Both the position numbers and the translations under genes were made by a program. A stretch of 63,670 nucleotides of DNA, filler included, from Reclinomonas americana ATCC 50394 (lineage: Eukaryota): assembly GCA_048213135.1 (NCBI GenBank). It is 5 parts of 3 records of this genome, joined end to end, with 100 filler letters (N's around TTAATTAATTAA, not from the genome) between each part and the next. Parts side by side here need not be neighbours in the genome. Positions count along the whole stretch, not along the records: positions 52,937 to 61,688 come from PS015039.1; positions 61,789 to 63,670 come from PS015043.1; 3 more parts are not named here. The stretch is one strand, 5' to 3'. The notes below the pieces were generated by a model that had not been told where the DNA came from, made no database searches, and was given only the letters and a program-made list of their open reading frames with translations. Below are positions 57,171-63,670 of the stretch, one piece after another. Every line of letters begins with the position of its first letter. The stretch's first letter is position 1.

Positions 57171-58220
57171 ATGCTTAGGCTGCTGCGACACCTCCCCCCG
57201 GTGCGCCCACTGCACAGATTATACTCCTGTGCATCTCCGCCACCATCAGGAGAGAGCAATGCCTCCTCCTCTGCTGAGGAGAACGAGGTGGTCGACGGAC
57301 TGAAACGCCGCGGACGACCTCTCTCCGGTCGCACACACACGCAACGCGGTGGTCGCGTGGATGGAGGTGTAGTGGAGGACATAGTAATAGGAGTCGACGA
57401 GAGCGGGCGTGGTGCAGTGCTTGGTGAGCGCACGTCAGTCTCCGTCTCTCTCGCTCTCCCCCTGTCTCTTTGCTGATGCATCGTGCAGGTCCGCTGATTG
57501 TGTGTGGTGTGGCGGAGAGACGGCGAATGCTGCGTGAGTGGCGCGACACGGGCGCGCGCGATTCGAAGCGTGTGAGCAGCAGTCGGAAACGCAATGTTGC
57601 ATCTCTCGCGATCGCACGAGCGTCAATCATCGCACTCGGCTCACCTCTGTGTGCGTGTGTGCGTGTTGCAGGAGCTGAGCTCGTTGATTGTGCGACGCGC
57701 GGCCGCCAGTTTTGTGTTGGAGATCCCGGCGGAGGAGATTGATGCGCGACGCATGCGCGGCGAGAACCTCAACGCGATTGAGCAGCGTGCGTTCTTGACG
57801 GTGGTGGAGGGCGTGCTGCAGCAGCTGGGTGCGCGTGCAGTGGGCGTGGGTGTGTACCTGGACGCGGTGGATGTGCGGGCGGATCGCTTTGCGCAGCCGT
57901 TTCGCGAACAGTACGCCGATGATGCGCGTGTGGCACGGATCGTGGCCGAGCATCGCGCCGACGACACGTACACGGTGGTCGGTATGGCGTCGCTGGTGGC
58001 CAAGTCGGAACGCGACCGGCGAGTACTCGAGCTGGCCGACGAGTGCGGTCAGCCGCTCGGTTCGGGGTATCCGGGCGACGCGTTGACGTATCGCTACTTG
58101 AATAGTTTGCGGGCGAGGGGCGTCACGGTGGGCGACGTGCCGGTGTTTGTGAGGCGCACGTGGAAGACCGCCGAGCAGTTTGGGTTTGGGTTGGTGGTGG
58201 GTGAGAAGAATGAAGGGTGA
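57171..58220 (+). CDS. Ribonuclease HII (RNase H type 2 catalytic protein) with N-terminal presequence-like extension
   Basis: IGVDESGRGAVLG|PLIVCGV, GARDSKR, NLNAIE, YLDAVD, AEHRADDTY, ASLVAKSERD, GSGYPGD and RRTWKT. Introns at 57424-57488 and 57596-57671. Confidence 0.9.
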
Positions 58221-59287
58221 GTAGAGGTGGGAGAGAGGGGGGAAGGGAGGAGAGGGAAGGGGAAGGGAGGGCTGTATGAGAGCACTGCACAGGTGTCTGT
58301 GGTGTCTTGCGTGCTCACTGTGGAGGTTGTGTGTTGTTGGTGGAAGTTGGTCATGGCATTCTCGTCTGAGAACAGCAGCCACGCTGGAGTCATGTTAATC
58401 ATGAGAGGTGGTGCGTGTGGAGTACTCACCATCGGCGAGCTAATGTGGTGGCGGTGGCTGTGTGCGTGTGTGCGATGGCATCATCATCTTCATGCATTTG
58501 CTGCCTGATTGACTCGACAGTCGTCGCCACTTCGCTCAACGGCATAGTCTGAGTGCTCAACACCTGCTGGCATGTTGCGTTGATGGAAGCCACGCGTGTG
58601 TGTAGTCAACAATGCAACGCATTTGCAGCAGCAGCAGCTGTCGTGGAAGCAGTTTCCTCGCCGGGGTTTTCAAGCATTTGCGGCTTGACTGTGTGACAGT
58701 CATCGCCACTTCGCTTGTGTTTGTTCAGTGGTACACCTTGGGTGTACAGAATACGCAGGGTTGTTGGGTTGTAGGAAGCCGCGAGTGTGTGTGGCTTGAA
58801 ATGCAGCGCTTATGCTGCTGAGTCGTGCATTCAATTTTCTTAGCTGCATAACACGTCGCCGCTTTGCTCCCATTGGTTCGGTGGTACAGGAGCGTTCCAT
58901 ACTTGCTGGCTTGTTGGGTTGCCGGAAGCCGCACGTGTGCGGATGATCTGCAACGCTTGTGCAGCAGTTTCCTCTCCGGGTCTTTCTCGCAACCTGACGG
59001 CATGACAGTCGCTGCCACTTCGATCTACTGAATCAGTGGCGCACATTGCATATACAACATCTGCTCGCTGCGCTTGCTGCATGTGTGGTCGGCACGTACT
59101 TGAGCGCTGCGTGGATTCGTTTGTAAGGTGTGCATGCAAGTTGTCTGCGATCAGCATCCACTCCAGCGTGCTTGTTGACAAGCATACAAACCCACTGCAC
59201 GCACTACGTGCAACCAGCTTCGCCAAAGGAAAACGCGGTCGGTTATGTAAACATGTACTGTAACGCTCACTCACTCACACAACAAAA

Positions 59288-59615
59288 ATGCCAGGCAACG
59301 ACAAGGCCGCGCAGCGCGAGGCCGAGCGCCGCAAGCAGAAGAAGAAGAAGCAAAAGGCGAAGAAGAAGGAGCTCAAACAGCAACAACAACAACAACCGTC
59401 GACAACAAAGGGCGCGCCTCGAGATGTGGCCATGGTGAACTGTCCCTTCTCTCTCTCCCCCCTTTCGCCCCTCTTTTCCTCCCACTCTCACACTCTCTGT
59501 GTGTGAGAGCAACAGAGAGAAAGAGAGAGATGTGTGGCCTGACTCGATTGTGCTTGCCTCTCGATCTCATTGCATGTTCTCTGTCGCTCTCTTTCTCACT
59601 CGCTTGAGTGTGTAT

Positions 59616-59664
<49 letters not shown>

Positions 59665-59755
59665 CTGTTTGTCTGCACTCACACACACTTGCAGAGTGAC
59701 CTGCATCATTCTCTCCCATTCACTCCTTTCAAACGCACTCTCCACGTGCTGTCTG

Positions 59756-59801
<46 letters not shown>

Positions 59802-61620
59802 CTACTCTCCCTTGCTGTCTGTCGTTCACTTCACATGCATGCATAACCAGTCTCTTTGCACTCTCTGTCTCTCTCCCTCCTTCATTCTCCCTTCTCTTCT
59901 CTCTCTCTCTCTTTCTCACTCATTGTCTTCGTCTTCTTCTGCAGGATGAGGACGGTGCGAGTGGAGACGAGGAGAATGGAGTGGAGATTGAGTACGTTGC
60001 GGAGCCTTTGATGCTGGATCCGTCAATGTTTGGTGATGTGTTGCGGCGATTTGATCCCACGTTGGCCGCCGCCGATGAGATCAAGGTTTGTGGGACTGCT
60101 GTGAGGGTGAGAAGGAGAGTCAGACGTAAGCAATGCCTCGTCCAGTCTGTTACAGAGCGAGGGAGAGAGATGCTCGGCCTGCTGCGCCTTTCTGTTTGCA
60201 GAGTGACAGCCAGTCAGTTGCTCTTGCATTAGCAGTGTATGCACACACGCACGCACAGAGAGAGTGAGTGAGAGCCAAAAGCAAGCGCAGCATGTACAGA
60301 AAGAGGAGGGCCATTCGGCATGCTGCGCCATTCTGTGTGTAGAGCGACAGCCAGTCAGTTTCTCCCGCCTTGCTTGCACGCGTGCACACAGAGGGTGAGA
60401 GCCATCTTGCCTGAAACTGTATGCACATCTCTCACGCAGAGTCAGTGTTTGCCGAGCCTGCTTCTCTCCTCACGCGCGACTGAGAAAGAGCCATCTTGCA
60501 CGTCGCACGAGTTTGTGATGAGTAAGAATCCCTCTGTACCTCCCTCACTAAGAGCCATTGTTTGCCGATCATGCTTTCTCGTTTTCGCCACTGAGAGAGT
60601 GTCTGCATTCTGTCCCACGAGCCCGTGAGCAGAAACTATCTCCGCATCCCTCCAGCAGAGTGACGAGCATGCTTTCCTCTCCCCTCTCTCCCTCCCTCCC
60701 TCTCATCACTCCTGTCCTCTCCTCTCTCTCCCCTCCCTCTCTCTCACCTTCTCCCCCGCCCCTCCCCTCTCTCAGGAGGAAGACGGCGTGGAAGTCAAGG
60801 TGGAAGACGCCAAGAAGGACCTGTTTGCTGGTGGAATGGACGACGACTCGGACGAGGAGGAAGAGGCGGCGAATGGCGAGAAGAAGCAGAAGCTCAGCAA
60901 CCGCAAGAAGAAGCTGCTGACGCGCCTGTCGGTGGCCGATCTGAAGCAACTGGTGCCGCGGCCAGAAGTCGTGGAGGTGTGCAAGAACGGAGAAATTACT
61001 CCTTCTGTTCTTCCCGCTCACTCACACACACCCTTCTGTCTGCAGGCCCACGACGTGACCGCCGCCGACCCCCGCCTCCTCGTCTTCCTCAAATCCTACC
61101 GCAACACGGTGCCGGTGCCGCGTCACTGGTCGCAGAAGCGCAAGTACCTGCAGGGCAAGCGCGGTATCGAGAAGCCGCCGTTCAAGCTGCCCGAGTTCAT
61201 CGAAGAGACGGGTATCCGCAAGATGCGCGAGGCGTACTTTGAGAAGGAGAACGAGAAGAAGCTGAAGCAAAAGGCGCGCGACCGCATGCAGCCCAAGTCG
61301 GGCGGCATGGACATTGACTACCAGGTGTTGCACGACGCCTTTTTCAAGTTCCAGACCAAGCCAAAGTTGACGGGACACGGCGATCTGTTGCGTGGCATGG
61401 AAGGACGTGCGCTGCTGTCCCGAAGCAATCGTCCTCACCGTCGTCGCGCAGGTACTACGAGGGCAAGGAGTTTGGCGTCAAGTTGGACGACCGCATACCA
61501 GGCATGCTCACGTCGGAGCTGAAGGAGGCACTGGGCATGCCCGAGGGCGCACCACCACCATGGTTGATCAACATGCAGCGATTTGGACCGCCGTTGTCGT
61601 ACCCCAAGATGAAGATTCCG
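59288..61620 (+). CDS. SF3B2: Splicing factor 3B subunit 2 (SAP145/Cus1); 3' end in gap
   Basis: RLSVADLKQLVPRPEVVE, DPRLLVFLKSYRNTVPVPRHWSQKRKYLQGKRGIEKPPF, DIDYQVLHDAFF, GDLYYEGKE, PPPWLINMQRFGPP. Confidence 0.95.
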
Positions 61621-61879
61621 GTGAGTGGTAGGAAGGATGAAGGGAAGAGGGCGAGAGATACTGAGAGGCACTTGCTGCTGCTGCCACCNNNNNNNNNNNN
61701 NNNNNNNNNNNNNNNNNNNNNNNNNNNNNNNNTTAATTAATTAANNNNNNNNNNNNNNNNNNNNNNNNNNNNNNNNNNNNNNNNNNNNGAGAGGTAGTGT
61801 GTGTGTGTGAGTAGAGAAGGAAGTAGGAGGAAGTAGACGACGTGAGTAGTACGTACGTCGTCGCTACTACGTCGCGCTC

Positions 61880-61958
<79 letters not shown>

Positions 61959-62177
61959 GCACACACACACACGCACACACACTGAGACATGCGCATATTG
62001 CATCTCTCGCATCTCTCTCATTCTCTCTCTCTCTCTCACATACACACACACTCACTCTCTCACCCCACACACAGCACTCCTCACCTCACACACGGAGAAA
62101 AACGCGACAAACCCGACAAATCATGTCACTCCTCAATTTCCCGCGCGTTCACTCAATCACTCTCACCCTCACACGCA

Positions 62178-62635
62178 ATGGCTGCTGCTGCTGCCGCTGC
62201 TGGAGCTCCGGCGGGCTACAATGTGCTGGTGTTAGGCGCAACAGGCGCGACCGGAAAGGTCATACGATTCTCTTATTAATATGAGTCAGTCTCTTCTTCT
62301 CTCTTGCTCTCTCTCTCTCTCTTTCTCTTGCCCTCCTCTCTCTCACACACCTTCAACACACGCGCTCTGTCTATCACTCCTCATCGTTGTTTCGTTGTGA
62401 TTCTCTCTCTTTCTCTTTCTCTCTGTCTCTCAATGTGCTTCTCTCTTTTTTTGTTGCAGCAAGTGGTCATGGATATGCTCAGTGCGCCTCGATGTGCGCA
62501 TGTGACGACGCTGGGAAGGCGGCCTGTGTTGGGATCAGGTGTGTGTGATTGAGAGAGAGACAGAGATTGATAGGAAATGAAGATCACGATGTAAGGAAGC
62601 GCTGGAGAGGACACACACACACACACACACACACC

Positions 62636-62668
<33 letters not shown>

Positions 62669-62782
62669 GAGGAGGAGGAGGAGAAGAAGAAAGCACGAAG
62701 AAGGAGAATAAGGAAAGATCATGATGACAAGGCGAACAAGAGGAGCGCTTGTGTGTGTGTGTGTGTGAGTGTGTATGAGAGA

Positions 62783-62819
<37 letters not shown>

Positions 62820-63124
62820 TGAGGACGAGGTGAGGAAGAGGAACAAAGTTGAAAAAGAAGCAACAAGGAGACAGCATCGGAAGAACAGTCCTTGTGAGAG
62901 ACACACACACACACACAGCCTTTTCTTCGTCGCCAACCTCCCTTTTTATCTCCCTCCTCTTCTCCCTTTTTCTTCCGTTTTTAGATGGCGTCGCCCTGGA
63001 GCACCCGAAGCTGAGGCAGCGTGTGGTGGACTTGGAGGCGGCGCGCGATCACATGGAGTTGTTCCAGAACTTTGATGCGGCGGTGTGCTGCATCGGAACA
63101 ACCCGTGCGCAGGCGGGAAGCGCT
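62178..63124 (+). CDS. TIP30/HTATIP2/Fmp52-like NAD(P)-binding protein (continues beyond window)
   Basis: VLVLGATGATGK, VTTLGRR, HPKLRQRVVD, FDAAVCCIGTTRAQAGSA. Confidence 0.85.
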
Positions 63125-63670
63125 GTTGAGTGATTGGGGGGAGAAAACAAGAAAAGCGAGAATGGGTAGAGGCTTTCTCCTCTTTGTTCTTTGTTGGCAT
63201 CACCTTCTCTGTTCTCATCATTTCTTTCCTCTCTCCGCTCGTACCTTGTTGTCACACTCTTCCCACGCCTCAGTTCTTTCCAGTCTCACTCTTCCAACAA
63301 CTTTCGCCCGCAGTTCTTACCACCCTTGAAATGTCCTCACCTCACCTCCATTCTTGTTGTCTTTGTGCCCACTTTCGTTTATGTCCTTCACTCATCCACT
63401 CATGCATCTCGCATGTTGAGTTGCTTTCGCCTCCCTTTTGTTTCCCTGCCCACTTCCGCTTGCGTCCTTCACTCATACACACACACAGTCTCTCTTTTGA
63501 TGACCTTCGCCTGCACATTCTTGTCGCTTTCGCCCTTGCATGTCCTCACCTCCATCATTGTTGTCTTCCCGCCCCGCCTTCCCGTTCCCTTCCCTTTCCG
63601 CTTGCGCTCTTCTCTTCCACCCGCACAGCTCACATTTCGCCTCTCCTTTGCCATTGCCCTGTCCTCACCT

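Noticed and set aside
59288-61620. SF3B2 as the cause of the unusual donors
   Set aside because: It is a U2 snRNP protein with conventional motifs, and its presence in the window is incidental.

Overview
Intron-rich eukaryotic (protist-like) nuclear DNA, GC-rich in exons and full of (CT)n/(CA)n microsatellites. It is a draft assembly: four TTAATTAATTAA linkers inside N-runs (30785, 46945, 52881, 61733) join unrelated scaffolds, so adjacency across them is not real. About 22 genes or gene fragments can be rebuilt by hand-splicing GT-AG introns with the standard genetic code. They include an LRR protein, two atypical MAPK-like paralogs, a zinc-finger/GH13 glucan enzyme, two large secreted proteins ending in H-type-lectin-like domains, DDX55, an ARID-PHD protein, a LisH protein, a WD40 protein, a divergent actin, AK6, a cadherin-like repeat protein with one domain per exon, a 2OG-Fe(II) oxygenase, an RNase HII, SF3B2 and a TIP30-like protein. 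The strongest unexplained signal is a two-class 5' splice-site code. Exons ending in G use ordinary donors (G|GTGAG, G|GTGCG). About 40 introns whose exon ends in A/C/T use a donor with an extra T (H|GTTGCG, H|GTTGAG), which shifts the consensus by one nucleotide. Other highlights are an archaeal-looking RNase HII with a mitochondrial-type presequence and a RanBP2-finger/GH13 fusion. All gene models are manual; no searches were run.
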